Source: a virus. From it: a stretch of DNA of 64,000 nucleotides. A program made the position numbers and the translations under genes. Positions within the stretch are counted from its first letter, which is position 1. Each line of letters starts with the position of its first letter. Below the pieces are notes generated by a model that saw nothing but the letters and a program-made list of their open reading frames with translations, did not search any database and was not told where the DNA came from. Positions 9,279 to 18,773 of the stretch are shown here, in pieces. The stretch spans positions 98,315 through 162,314 of IMG/VR virus record IMGVR_UViG_3300028821_000038. One strand, 5' to 3'.

Positions 9279-9875
9279 ATGGCAAGCAAACCTGGAATCT
9301 ACTTGAGAGGCGGCGCAAAAGATGATTTTAACGATCCGGGGCATGAAATTGGGGATAGAGAACTGGTGATTGCGACGGATACTATGGAGCTTGGCACCAG
9401 TAATGGCTTTTTTATTCCTGGTGGCAAAGTGAGGAATGTCTATTTCGCACAAACTCCCGCAGAGAGACAAGAGATCACATCGTCTGAGCCGGTGGTAATA
9501 GACGGTCTTAGTCTAAATATAACTCCAGAGTTTCAGAATAGCAGCTTTATTGTGACCGCGACAGTGCTGGGAACTTTTACATATACGTCATCTTTGCTTG
9601 TGTATCTAAATGGCGCCAATATAGCATCCCACGATTCAAACAATGTGTATCAGGGGAGTCTTGTAACCACATATCACGGCAACAACACCACCAACAATAT
9701 GTATTCATACAATTTGCAAGCTATGATATCCCCTCAAACTACACAACCAATCACAATCGATATAAGAGCACTAAGTCATTGGGGTACTTCAACATATACG
9801 ACATATATAAACGATAGGGCCGGAAACGATATGAGGTGTGTGTCTTCTATGGTTGTTTACGAGGTGCTGTCATGA
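9279..9875 (+). CDS. putative tail fibre protein
   Basis: AAGGAG RBS; N-terminal ELVIATDT...G trimer-like motif; beta-rich C-terminal head ending SSMVVYEV. Confidence 0.6.
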   Translation: MASKPGIYLRGGAKDDFNDPGHEIGDRELVIATDTMELGTSNGFFIPGGKVRNVYFAQTPAERQEITSSEPVVIDGLSLNITPEFQNSSFIVTATVLGTFTYTSSLLVYLNGANIASHDSNNVYQGSLVTTYHGNNTTNNMYSYNLQAMISPQTTQPITIDIRALSHWGTSTYTTYINDRAGNDMRCVSSMVVYEVLS

Positions 9876-12808
9876 AGCTGACCGAAATACTGAAGGATAT
9901 GTTTAAATCAGATGGAGGAGAAGTCTGGGTTGGTGGTGTGCGAATAGATGGTTTAGTGCTGGACAATACAAAAGACCCTGTTGTTATTGCGCCTGTTTCT
10001 TCTTATGTTAATCAGATGGGACTTACAATAAAACCGTCCATTAGCTCTGGATATCCAGGTGATATAATCAAGCTATATGCCTCCAGTGATGTTGATTTCG
10101 ATACTTATGAGTGGTCTATAGAGTCCGGGGATGCAAGATTTGTAGATGACATCAATATTGGCGAGGTTGTTGGGATAATTTCAGATGTTGTAAACAGTGT
10201 ATCTGTGTCTCTGCGCGCTCAAAAAGATGATGTGGTAGACGAGGTTAATTGTATTGTGGATTATGTTACCGGTTTTTTTAGCGAAAACACAGCAATTGTC
10301 GGGCCGTCCTTGATAGACTATACAGATCCGGTAAGGTATGAAATATCAAGCACAGTGGAGCCAGACAGTGTGTCTTGGGAAATTATAGGAGGTGGTACAA
10401 TAGATGTCGATACCGATCCAAAGATTGCTTTTGTGACCGCAGATGACTCTGGAGATGATATTCTCCTAAAAGCCACTCTATCTAAAGCATATTACAACGA
10501 TATTGCCGTAAGTAAGGGTGTGAGTGTGGATAAATGTGGGCTTGCATCTGGGACTGTAGAGCGTCCTGCTATCTTGTATCCAGAAGACTGGTCGTATGAA
10601 AAACAGTCTAAAATACGGATAAGTCCGTTTCATGGAGTCAGTGCACCGGGCGGCACCAACTTTCAAATTACCCCAGTAGAAGTAAATGACTGGCTTAATC
10701 CAATATATGATGAAACGCTAGATTTTACTAAAGAAATACCAATCTCTATGGAATGGTTCGTTGAGGATTACTCGAATTACTATGTAAGAGTTCAATATAT
10801 TGATGACCAGGGGAAAAGATCTGAATGGAGTGATCCTGTAGTTATTTTTGTAAATACTTGGAGTTGTACTGCTACGGTTCATATACCAGATATATTCAAC
10901 GATGGAAGTTGTATCTTATCATACACCTTAATGCATGATGCACATGACACCGGAAATAAATATCATGGATATTGGTATGGTGGTGAGAAGTATGAAAACT
11001 CTCCTCTTATTTATGGCGCCAGATTCGATACCGGAAACTATATTTTATCAGACTATGATTTTTCGGGGAACTATACTGTGTCTTTTTATGTGAAGTTATA
11101 CAGTTTCAACGATCAATGGGTGACATTATTTAGAAACGATAATCATCAAGCTGCACTAAAGAATGGTAATTGGGCGCTATGGTGTCATGATGGAAGCCCT
11201 TCTGATACTGTTGATTCCGGAGTGTCTGCCGAATTAAATAGGTGGTATCATGTTGTCTATTCTGTTTGGGGTAATGTAGTCAAAATATATATTGACGGAG
11301 AGTTGGTTTTGGATGAGACAACTAATAATTTCTCCGATAAAGCCACTGGAGATCTAATTTTAGGATATTGGGATAATGGCTCTCCAACTCAAAATCTTAA
11401 TGGTGTAATGAATAATTTCAGGGTATTCAGGAAGCAATTATCCGATGATGAGATAGTTAAATTGTCAAATGAAACATTTCCCCTAGTTGCGGACAGGGCG
11501 GATTTGTTTTTGGATGATTCCGCCGTAGTATTGCTGGGATTTGATGGGAACTTGAATGATGCAACCGGTATCTATAATGGGGTGTGGAATGGAACCGGAA
11601 GTTATGATTATGGGAAGATTGTATCTGGCGCTAATTTCGACGGAAGTAATTCTATAGATATAAGTGTAAATATGGATATTACTGCTAAGACGATTACTTT
11701 TTTTATGAAAAAGACCTCATCTGGAGATGCCATAATATTATGTTCCGATTCCAGTGAGGAGTATATTATAGTTACTGGTGATAGCAATAATTACGGCAGT
11801 GTTCCCAAGTCATCTATTGCATATGTTACAGAAAACTCATCCTCAAAAGCCTTCTACTGTTCATACACAAGGGATTCTGGCAAATTTATATTTGTAGCAT
11901 TTGTGATATCTGATAACACAGATGAATGCGAATTGTATTTTGATGGGATTAAGCAGAGCGCCACAAATAATATAGCCAATCTGCAACAGGTAGAGTTTGT
12001 AAAAATAGGGGCCAACCAAGACAATTCATATAAATTTCAAGGTGTTTTAGATCAGCTAAGAATTTTTAACAGGGCACTTACAAATGAGGAAATTCAGTGT
12101 TTGTATTACGAGAAACCAGGACTTGAATTTGCACAAAACCCTGATCCGTTCTATGATAATTCAGGGGTTGTGCTATATATGTTTGAGGATAATGCCAATG
12201 ATGAGTTTGGGCTACATGATGGGGTGTGGTCAGGAACTGAGCAGTATGAAGATGGGGTGGTAGCAGATGGGAGAGCGGCGTATTTTGATGGTGGTAGTGC
12301 TATCGGTATAGGAAATTCAGAGGAGCTGATACCTGGAGGCACATCATTTACTATATCTTTTTGGGTAAAAATAAATAGTCTCAATGGTAACGATGATAGG
12401 ATAATTGGTACAGAGTATTATAACGGCGGTTTTACGGTTAGTAGTGGATACGATGGTGATAATTTTACATTTTCCATTGATTCGGATGGGACCTGGGTGC
12501 ACACTACATTCGGAACAGATTTTATCTCTAGCAATTTTGTAAATGCCGTTGCAATATATGATTCAACTACTGAAACTCTAAAAACATATGTAAATGGGGT
12601 AGAGATAGCATCAAATTCTGTTTCTAATGCATGGCACTATTCCAGAAGCGATGGTTGTTTTTATATTGGGGGAGATGCAAAAAATAACTCTTCATGTACA
12701 GATCCTGAGAATACTATTAGCGGCTATGTGGATAATTTCAGGATACTGAATAGAGCCTTGAGCGATGAAGAAGTTCTTGAGATATACAACAATGAAAAAC
12801 CTCAGTAA
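9872..12808 (+). CDS. large adhesin with three LamG/concanavalin-A-like domains
   Basis: ATGA overlap; Ig/FN3-like YYVRVQY..SEWSD segment; three repeats D(I/L/P)FxDxS...T(V/I)(S/T)F...(NN/DQ/DN)(F/L)R(V/I)(F/L)...L(S/T)xxE. Confidence 0.8.
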   Translation: MKLTEILKDMFKSDGGEVWVGGVRIDGLVLDNTKDPVVIAPVSSYVNQMGLTIKPSISSGYPGDIIKLYASSDVDFDTYEWSIESGDARFVDDINIGEVVGIISDVVNSVSVSLRAQKDDVVDEVNCIVDYVTGFFSENTAIVGPSLIDYTDPVRYEISSTVEPDSVSWEIIGGGTIDVDTDPKIAFVTADDSGDDILLKATLSKAYYNDIAVSKGVSVDKCGLASGTVERPAILYPEDWSYEKQSKIRISPFHGVSAPGGTNFQITPVEVNDWLNPIYDETLDFTKEIPISMEWFVEDYSNYYVRVQYIDDQGKRSEWSDPVVIFVNTWSCTATVHIPDIFNDGSCILSYTLMHDAHDTGNKYHGYWYGGEKYENSPLIYGARFDTGNYILSDYDFSGNYTVSFYVKLYSFNDQWVTLFRNDNHQAALKNGNWALWCHDGSPSDTVDSGVSAELNRWYHVVYSVWGNVVKIYIDGELVLDETTNNFSDKATGDLILGYWDNGSPTQNLNGVMNNFRVFRKQLSDDEIVKLSNETFPLVADRADLFLDDSAVVLLGFDGNLNDATGIYNGVWNGTGSYDYGKIVSGANFDGSNSIDISVNMDITAKTITFFMKKTSSGDAIILCSDSSEEYIIVTGDSNNYGSVPKSSIAYVTENSSSKAFYCSYTRDSGKFIFVAFVISDNTDECELYFDGIKQSATNNIANLQQVEFVKIGANQDNSYKFQGVLDQLRIFNRALTNEEIQCLYYEKPGLEFAQNPDPFYDNSGVVLYMFEDNANDEFGLHDGVWSGTEQYEDGVVADGRAAYFDGGSAIGIGNSEELIPGGTSFTISFWVKINSLNGNDDRIIGTEYYNGGFTVSSGYDGDNFTFSIDSDGTWVHTTFGTDFISSNFVNAVAIYDSTTETLKTYVNGVEIASNSVSNAWHYSRSDGCFYIGGDAKNNSSCTDPENTISGYVDNFRILNRALSDEEVLEIYNNEKPQ

Positions 12809-12857
12809 GGTTCAGTATTTCGATACAATATGGTATTAATTTTCTGAAAGGCTGCTT

Positions 12858-13133
12858 ATGGATTATGAGAAGTTGTATATGGCGATATTGGCGCTTGTAA
12901 TCATTATTGCCACTTTTTATCTTGGAGATAGGCTTTTGACTAGTACTATCCCCCTGGAAAACAGAGATATTCTAAATGTTGCTCTGGGTATGATTCTTGG
13001 TTTAAGTGGAACTGTTGTTGGATACTACTTTGGAAGTTCTAAAAGCAGTAGCGACAAACAGAAGATAATCAAATATAAAGAAGAGATAAAAAAACCTAAA
13101 AAGATGGAAAAAACAGATGCCAGCGAAACTTGA
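12858..13133 (+). CDS. holin-like two-TM membrane protein
   Basis: Two hydrophobic segments, GYYFGSSKSS motif, charged C-tail. Confidence 0.6.
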   Translation: MDYEKLYMAILALVIIIATFYLGDRLLTSTIPLENRDILNVALGMILGLSGTVVGYYFGSSKSSSDKQKIIKYKEEIKKPKKMEKTDASET

Positions 13134-13476
13134 AAGGAAGAGTGAATCTTCAGCATGGGCTATATGTAGGTCTTCACTGGGGCTTACAAAGACAGCTTTG
13201 GCGCCCGGTGGTCCTATATACAACAACCTTCAAAGGAAGGCTGCAGCAATAGAATGGCAGCACTGGCCATCCCCAAGGGATACTTTTATTAATGATGATA
13301 ATGTGCATAGCATGTTTCAGGCCGAGAAGGTGTTTAGTGCAAGGGAAGCAAAGCTAAAAAGAATAAGGGCTGATTTGGCCAGACTGAATCTTAGAACCCA
13401 TCCTGGTGCAAAAAAGAAGGTTGCATCAGGGTTGGGCAGTATGTTCACAAAAGCAATGAAGATGTTTACAAGGTAG
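13117..13476 (+). CDS. basic KxA-motif protein
   Basis: LGLTKTAL and KKVASG motifs. Confidence 0.6.
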   Translation: MPAKLERKSESSAWAICRSSLGLTKTALAPGGPIYNNLQRKAAAIEWQHWPSPRDTFINDDNVHSMFQAEKVFSAREAKLKRIRADLARLNLRTHPGAKKKVASGLGSMFTKAMKMFTR

Positions 13477-13480
13477 GGTT

Positions 13481-14047
13481 ATGTGGAAAGAAGTTAGTGG
13501 TTTCCAGGAATATGAAGTCCACCCAAAACATGGAGTTAGGCGAAAGGGTAAAGATAAAACACTGAAGCCTAGAACATGGCTTGGATACCCAAAAGTCACT
13601 CTTATGAGAGATGGCAGAAAGCATGAAGTTAGGGTTCATAGGCTAATTGCAGAACATTTTATTGAGAACCCCAACAATCTTCCTATAGTTAACCATAAAG
13701 ACTCCAATAGGTCAAATTACAATGTGGATAACCTTGAATGGGTTGACAATAGCGGAAATCAATTACATAGATGGCATACTAAAAAGCAAGGATTAAAGAA
13801 GATAAAATACAGACCAGAGTATGGACTTGCTAAGGTTGCTTATCGAGCTCAAGATGCAGGATACGGACCAAATAAAGAGTCTGAAAAAAAGTGTAAAGGA
13901 TTATCCAGAGTAGAGAAAATTGGTCTTGGTGCGGCCATTGGAGGTGGATTGTCATACTTGGCATCAAAAAAATTCAAACTTGTGTCATCTCCTATGGAGC
14001 ATGTGGCTGCTGGCGGTATTGGTGCATTACTTGGCGCTCAGGCTTAG
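13481..14047 (+). CDS. HNH homing endonuclease (NUMOD4/HNH-type) fused to a Gly-rich KxA module
   Basis: WKEVSGFQEYEV; VHRLIAEHF; VNHKDSNRSNYNVDNLEW; C-terminal YGLAKVA...GLGAAIGGGL. Confidence 0.85.
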   Translation: MWKEVSGFQEYEVHPKHGVRRKGKDKTLKPRTWLGYPKVTLMRDGRKHEVRVHRLIAEHFIENPNNLPIVNHKDSNRSNYNVDNLEWVDNSGNQLHRWHTKKQGLKKIKYRPEYGLAKVAYRAQDAGYGPNKESEKKCKGLSRVEKIGLGAAIGGGLSYLASKKFKLVSSPMEHVAAGGIGALLGAQA

Positions 14048-14151
14048 GTATAGTTGATACCTTGGCTTGTAATATTATGTATTTTTTTATATTCCTAAAA
14101 AAAGGATAAAATATATTTAGAATATGACTATCAAAAATGCAAGGAGCAAAA

Positions 14152-14409
14152 ATGAGATATGGATTAGGCAAATTAGCTGAGGAAATGGAAAATGAGGGGC
14201 TTGGACTTGGACAACCCGGGCGAGCCGATATAAAACATTCTGCAGGTGCGGCTATTGGCGGTATTTCCAGTTATGGGCTAATGAGGAAACTTAACTTTGG
14301 AAGGCTCCCCAGTGCATTGGCCGGTATTGCTGGTGGTGTAGGTGGCGCCATAGGTGTTGACAAACTTCAACAGTACAAAAACAGAAAATTATCAAATAGA
14401 TTTCAATAG
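14152..14409 (+). CDS. Gly-zipper KxA-motif protein
   Basis: AAGGAG RBS; MRYGLGKLAEE; GAAIGG and LAGIAGGVGGAIG. Confidence 0.7.
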   Translation: MRYGLGKLAEEMENEGLGLGQPGRADIKHSAGAAIGGISSYGLMRKLNFGRLPSALAGIAGGVGGAIGVDKLQQYKNRKLSNRFQ

Positions 14410-14421
14410 GAAGGATTTGTA

Positions 14422-14715
14422 ATGGTATCCAGCCGTAAACTTACAAAAAAAGAGCTGATGATAAAAAATAGAGTTAGAGATATAGCAAGCAGAAAGGGGC
14501 TCCTGTACAAGGAAACCCTGATGAAAAAAGCTGCTCCTTTTACATATCTCGGAGGTGCTGCGAAGGGTGCAGTCAGAAACACCACTAAAAAAGGTGGCGT
14601 GCATCTTGGTAATGCATATGCAAAGTCTTCAAAACCTGATAGAATATCATGGGGAAGAGTCGCGACAGGTGTTGGTCTCGGTGGACTTGGAGTCGGTATG
14701 TATACACTTAGATAA
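14422..14715 (+). CDS. basic protein with C-terminal Gly-rich helix
   Basis: LMKKAAP; GVGLGGLGVGMY. Confidence 0.65.
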   Translation: MVSSRKLTKKELMIKNRVRDIASRKGLLYKETLMKKAAPFTYLGGAAKGAVRNTTKKGGVHLGNAYAKSSKPDRISWGRVATGVGLGGLGVGMYTLR

Positions 14716-14722
14716 GGATGAG

Positions 14723-14968
14723 ATGATGAATAAAATGAAAAAATATATGCTGGAAAAGATTGTTGCATGGTTGGTGGGAGGATCGTTGTTTGAAGATATA
14801 AAACAAGTTGTTGTCACCTTAATGAATAGCGAGATGCCTGGAGAGAGAAAGAGAGAGATTGCTCTTAGAAGAATCAAGGCTATGGCGGCGGATTCTGCTA
14901 CTTTTATGCTTAATTTGGCTATAGAGGCAGCGGTTGTGGTACTGAAGCAGGAGAGCAATAAGTCATGA
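14723..14968 (+). CDS. small lysis-region protein
   Basis: ATG 14723 after AAGGA; coupled to the next gene. Confidence 0.55.
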   Translation: MMNKMKKYMLEKIVAWLVGGSLFEDIKQVVVTLMNSEMPGERKREIALRRIKAMAADSATFMLNLAIEAAVVVLKQESNKS

Positions 14969-15234
14969 ATATAGCTTCATTGATATACGCGGCAATAAAC
15001 TTTGCATCTAAATTGTTCACATCGAACAAGGCAGCCAGAATAATCAAGCAGCAACAAGAGATAGCTGAGCTCACTGCAATGCTTGCGGATTGCAAAAGTG
15101 CCCTCCGTAAACAAAAAGAAGAGATGGAGAGGGATATGAAGCTTGCCGAGATTCGGTGTAAAAGCAAAATATCAGAGCTGAAAGACAATGCCGATAATGA
15201 AGTTGTAGTTGGTGGAAGGAGTATAAGCGGATGA
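14965..15234 (+). CDS. putative inner-membrane spanin (Rz-like)
   Basis: N-terminal hydrophobic segment plus coiled coil; overlaps lipoprotein gene. Confidence 0.5.
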   Translation: MNIASLIYAAINFASKLFTSNKAARIIKQQQEIAELTAMLADCKSALRKQKEEMERDMKLAEIRCKSKISELKDNADNEVVVGGRSISG

Positions 15235-15494
15235 AGAGCATTCTTATTACAGGTGTGGTTCTTCTTTTTCTGGGTGGCTGCGCTAGCACTCAGCCTCGGA
15301 ATATAGTTGTAGATTGCCCTAAGAAAGTATGCAATTGCAAGTGCCCTACATTTGACAGAAAGCTTCATATTCAAATAGCTGATTATGACGAGAAATATGG
15401 GCTTATATCATGGGAGGATGTAGGCAAGATTGAAAAATTCCTTAAAGCCAAGCACGAATTTAATGTGGGAGTGATGAGGCTTAACGGAAAATAA
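15231..15494 (+). CDS. lipoprotein, putative o-spanin (Rz1-like)
   Basis: Signal peptide with lipobox LGG-C; Cys/Pro-rich mature part. Confidence 0.6.
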   Translation: MKSILITGVVLLFLGGCASTQPRNIVVDCPKKVCNCKCPTFDRKLHIQIADYDEKYGLISWEDVGKIEKFLKAKHEFNVGVMRLNGK

Positions 15495-15502
15495 GGACTA
15501 AT

Positions 15503-15916
15503 ATGGTTGACCTAAACGATATTCATATTGTTGAAAGGATTCTCGATGCTACAGGCATTACCCAGAGAGAGCTTATAGTAATTATTCTACTGCTTATACT
15601 GGGCGCTATCGGATATGTCTCTATGCTTATGTATAGGTTCAAGCATGATTGCAAAAGTGTGTCGTGTGGAGACATTAAAAAAATACGAGAATTGTCCACA
15701 GAGATGCAGAATGTAATAGATGAGATTTCCGAAGATGTTAGAATTGGCAGAGTTGAGAATAGAGAGTATATGGGAAATTTATCTAAAAACATAGAGAAGC
15801 TCGAGGATGATATAGAGGATTTGAAAAAGAAGTCGTATGAATTGAGCGGCGTAATCTTTACTACAACAGCATATGCTGGTGTTGATAGAAAAAGGATACA
15901 GCATCATGAAACTTGA
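15503..15916 (+). CDS. single-TM coiled-coil protein
   Basis: LIVIILLLILGAIGYV helix then heptad-rich region. Confidence 0.65.
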   Translation: MVDLNDIHIVERILDATGITQRELIVIILLLILGAIGYVSMLMYRFKHDCKSVSCGDIKKIRELSTEMQNVIDEISEDVRIGRVENREYMGNLSKNIEKLEDDIEDLKKKSYELSGVIFTTTAYAGVDRKRIQHHET

Positions 15917-16628
15917 ATACAGACCATACTCTGAGAATAATATATTATTTAGGATTAGTTCTACTAAGGCGCTGGAAAGGTTTAAGGCACAACAGTTTTT
16001 TGTTTTATCCGAAATAAACAGTGGTTCATATAAATTTTCAAAAACCTCAAGAGAACTTGCGATACTTTTTACGGATGTTATGTTTGGGTGGCTATTATCA
16101 GTTGAGCACTACTTAATAAGAAGTGATTCGAGTGTGTTTATTGAAGAACATAAGAATACTATACTAGATAAGCTTAAGGAGTCTATCTTGTATATAAATA
16201 ATATAGTATCAGAGAATAAGGATATATTTGATAATCGTGAATCGCGCATTGTTATAGATAATGTTTCTTTGAGGCATGAGTATGTGGAGAGATTCTTTAA
16301 AGAATTGGTTGGTGAATATATTGCAGATGCTTTTTCTGCAATAGCTGCAATACTTACCGAGAGTATAGATAGCTTCCGATTTGAGCTTTATGAGGTTGAC
16401 TATTTGATAAATTGTAAAAAAAATCCATTTATCTGCATTACTGATTTTATGCTGAATATATATACTCAATATAGGTACTGCATAGCAGTAGATAGAGCAT
16501 CCCTATATAAAAAAGTATTCAAAGTTGATTCTTTTAAGGTAAAAAATTACTCATCGGCATCTGTGATATCATCTCAGGTTAATTGCTTGAGAGATAACGG
16601 AATCAAGGTGACAAATGTTATGGCATAA
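15906..16628 (+). CDS. hypothetical protein
   Basis: ATG 15906 after AAGGA; overlaps neighbours. Confidence 0.65.
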   Translation: MKLEYRPYSENNILFRISSTKALERFKAQQFFVLSEINSGSYKFSKTSRELAILFTDVMFGWLLSVEHYLIRSDSSVFIEEHKNTILDKLKESILYINNIVSENKDIFDNRESRIVIDNVSLRHEYVERFFKELVGEYIADAFSAIAAILTESIDSFRFELYEVDYLINCKKNPFICITDFMLNIYTQYRYCIAVDRASLYKKVFKVDSFKVKNYSSASVISSQVNCLRDNGIKVTNVMA

Positions 16629-16821
16629 AGCAGGATTGGCGCTTATAAAACTATCCAATGCAAAACATAGGGGCCCATTTTATTATATAAATAGAAACAA
16701 AAGGCTTGGCCGTAGGCCAAAAATGATGAGTGCCAAAGATTATGCAAAATTTAAGGTTACGCTCAGGATAGCTAGACAGCGTGCAAAAACAAGGTCAAGA
16801 GGAAGAAGGCAAATGAGATGA
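16615..16821 (+). CDS. small Arg/Lys-rich protein
   Basis: LIKLSN motif; RQRAKTRSRGRR; coupled to both neighbours. Confidence 0.55.
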   Translation: MLWHKAGLALIKLSNAKHRGPFYYINRNKRLGRRPKMMSAKDYAKFKVTLRIARQRAKTRSRGRRQMR

Positions 16822-18470
16822 ACCTTGACTGGGGTTTTTACTATGATTCATGGCTAATAGATAAAATACCGGATGTTGTAAATATTAAAGTAGAAGAGCA
16901 TCCAGAGGGAATAGTGTTCAATCCTCCAGAGTTGGAGTTCTACTTTGGGGCAAATCCCATATACCTATACGGTGAAGGTAAATTATTTCACGAGGTATTA
17001 TTTTGCCCTGATGGGATAGTGTTCTACCCCAGTTTTCTGGGGAGACCCGGATTTGAGTTCGTTGATGAGATCTCATTTAGCATCGATTTCAAAGAAGATG
17101 AGCATTTTGATGGTACCCCGACTGTTTCTCACCATATAGGCTATATAGATGCTACGAGATATATTCAATTAATAATGAATAAGCTATATGGGGTTGGTAA
17201 CAATGAATATGTCAAGGTTAAAACTCCCTCTACCAGATTGAGATATGTCACCAACACTGATATTACTCTACAAGATGCCAGTTGGCGAAGCGAAGCCGTG
17301 TTTTACGATGCATCTGATATGGCTCAGAATGGTTGTAAGTTTTATACCACGATGTCTGTTGACGAGGGCGATATTGGGATACGAAACGAGATAAATGGAG
17401 CTATGCACGAGGTGGTTTCGCCTGGGGCTATAGTCTTAAAAAAAGGCTTGTTCTACTCAGATGTGCTTTTGAAATACTCGTATATCGAGGCGCCCAGTGA
17501 AATAGTAGGGCTGGTTGGGTCAGATAGATTCTATATGATGTTTACTACTCTTCCTGAGTTTAGATTTGGAACTCTCTTTGATTTTGGCTCTACAAACAAT
17601 GCTACTGGGCCAAATTATGGATTTAGACTTGATATCAATGGTAGCTATGCAACGCTGTATCTAAATGATGGGAATTTACATATATTTGATATTCCGTACG
17701 ATGATGTGGATTTTAATTTCTCCCACAGGTGGCTTATTGGGCGAGGAGACGGAGGGCTCGTTGTGTCTATAGATGGAAGGACATATCTGAGTGCTGACAT
17801 CTCGGATGTGGGTAATGTTTTATATAACCCATCTTTTAAGAATTATATTTCACTAATACATTCCGCGCCTGATGCGTCTGTACAGACTGGGGATATTGAA
17901 GAGCTTGCTATATTTAACAATATGCCTGATGAAGAACAATATGATCTATCATCGTTCTATAACGGAACTTTGCCGATGTTGAAGAAGGGTGGAGTTGATG
18001 AGGCTATTTTAGATAATACACCGGTAATGCTCTCGTACAGTCTTACATATGACAAGCCTACCTATTTCTTCATCCCCAACTTCTTTGGAGGGGAGTTTGA
18101 TAAGTTTTTCATAGTGAACGAGGCCGGAGAAGTGAAGGTTATCACCGATGGCAAGGCGCTTGGTGACTACTATATAACGGATATGATTCCAATAAAAGAT
18201 AAAAGCCTGAAGGTGCCGATTGGATACCAGGTGTATCAGGTTACAACTAAAAATCAGGAGCCGTTGTTTTTTGAGGATATACCCACCAAAATACCAGCAA
18301 TAACCAAGCTGACTTCCGATACACATATTCCTATTAGAGGAAAAATAAAATTCAAGTTACCGTTCTTCTATAATATTCCCACCACATATAATATGTCGCT
18401 AAATATGAAGGCGTTGTCCAAATTTATTGTGTATTCGTTTAAAAAATATAAAACGGAAGAGCACATTTGA
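16818..18470 (+). CDS. tail protein, shared N-module plus LamG-like region
   Basis: WGFYYDSWL...EFYFGA; GDIEELAIFN. Confidence 0.7.
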   Translation: MNLDWGFYYDSWLIDKIPDVVNIKVEEHPEGIVFNPPELEFYFGANPIYLYGEGKLFHEVLFCPDGIVFYPSFLGRPGFEFVDEISFSIDFKEDEHFDGTPTVSHHIGYIDATRYIQLIMNKLYGVGNNEYVKVKTPSTRLRYVTNTDITLQDASWRSEAVFYDASDMAQNGCKFYTTMSVDEGDIGIRNEINGAMHEVVSPGAIVLKKGLFYSDVLLKYSYIEAPSEIVGLVGSDRFYMMFTTLPEFRFGTLFDFGSTNNATGPNYGFRLDINGSYATLYLNDGNLHIFDIPYDDVDFNFSHRWLIGRGDGGLVVSIDGRTYLSADISDVGNVLYNPSFKNYISLIHSAPDASVQTGDIEELAIFNNMPDEEQYDLSSFYNGTLPMLKKGGVDEAILDNTPVMLSYSLTYDKPTYFFIPNFFGGEFDKFFIVNEAGEVKVITDGKALGDYYITDMIPIKDKSLKVPIGYQVYQVTTKNQEPLFFEDIPTKIPAITKLTSDTHIPIRGKIKFKLPFFYNIPTTYNMSLNMKALSKFIVYSFKKYKTEEHI

Positions 18471-18507
18471 TATACTTCTAGTATAACTTTACCGAAAAAG
18501 GATTATC

Positions 18508-18756
18508 ATGAAGAATCTTGTACTTTTAGGACTTATAGCCTTTAGTGCCCTATATGCAAGGCAATATGCGGTTGGAAAAGCAAATATATGCAAGCCCGCA
18601 AGGGGATATTTTGATTTCAATCTATCAGATAACACAATACCGAAGAATTTTTTATGTGTAAATAATCAATGGTTCTTGTATCGTCCTAATGGAGGATTTG
18701 TACCAACTGGAGCGGGGTGTGCGTGTGTAGACAAGAGGCCAAATAACAGAAAATAA
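18508..18756 (+). CDS. small secreted four-Cys protein
   Basis: Signal peptide MKNLVLLGLIAFSALYA; own promoter-like TATAAC upstream. Confidence 0.65.
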   Translation: MKNLVLLGLIAFSALYARQYAVGKANICKPARGYFDFNLSDNTIPKNFLCVNNQWFLYRPNGGFVPTGAGCACVDKRPNNRK

Positions 18757-18773
18757 CAATTAAAAGGAATAAG

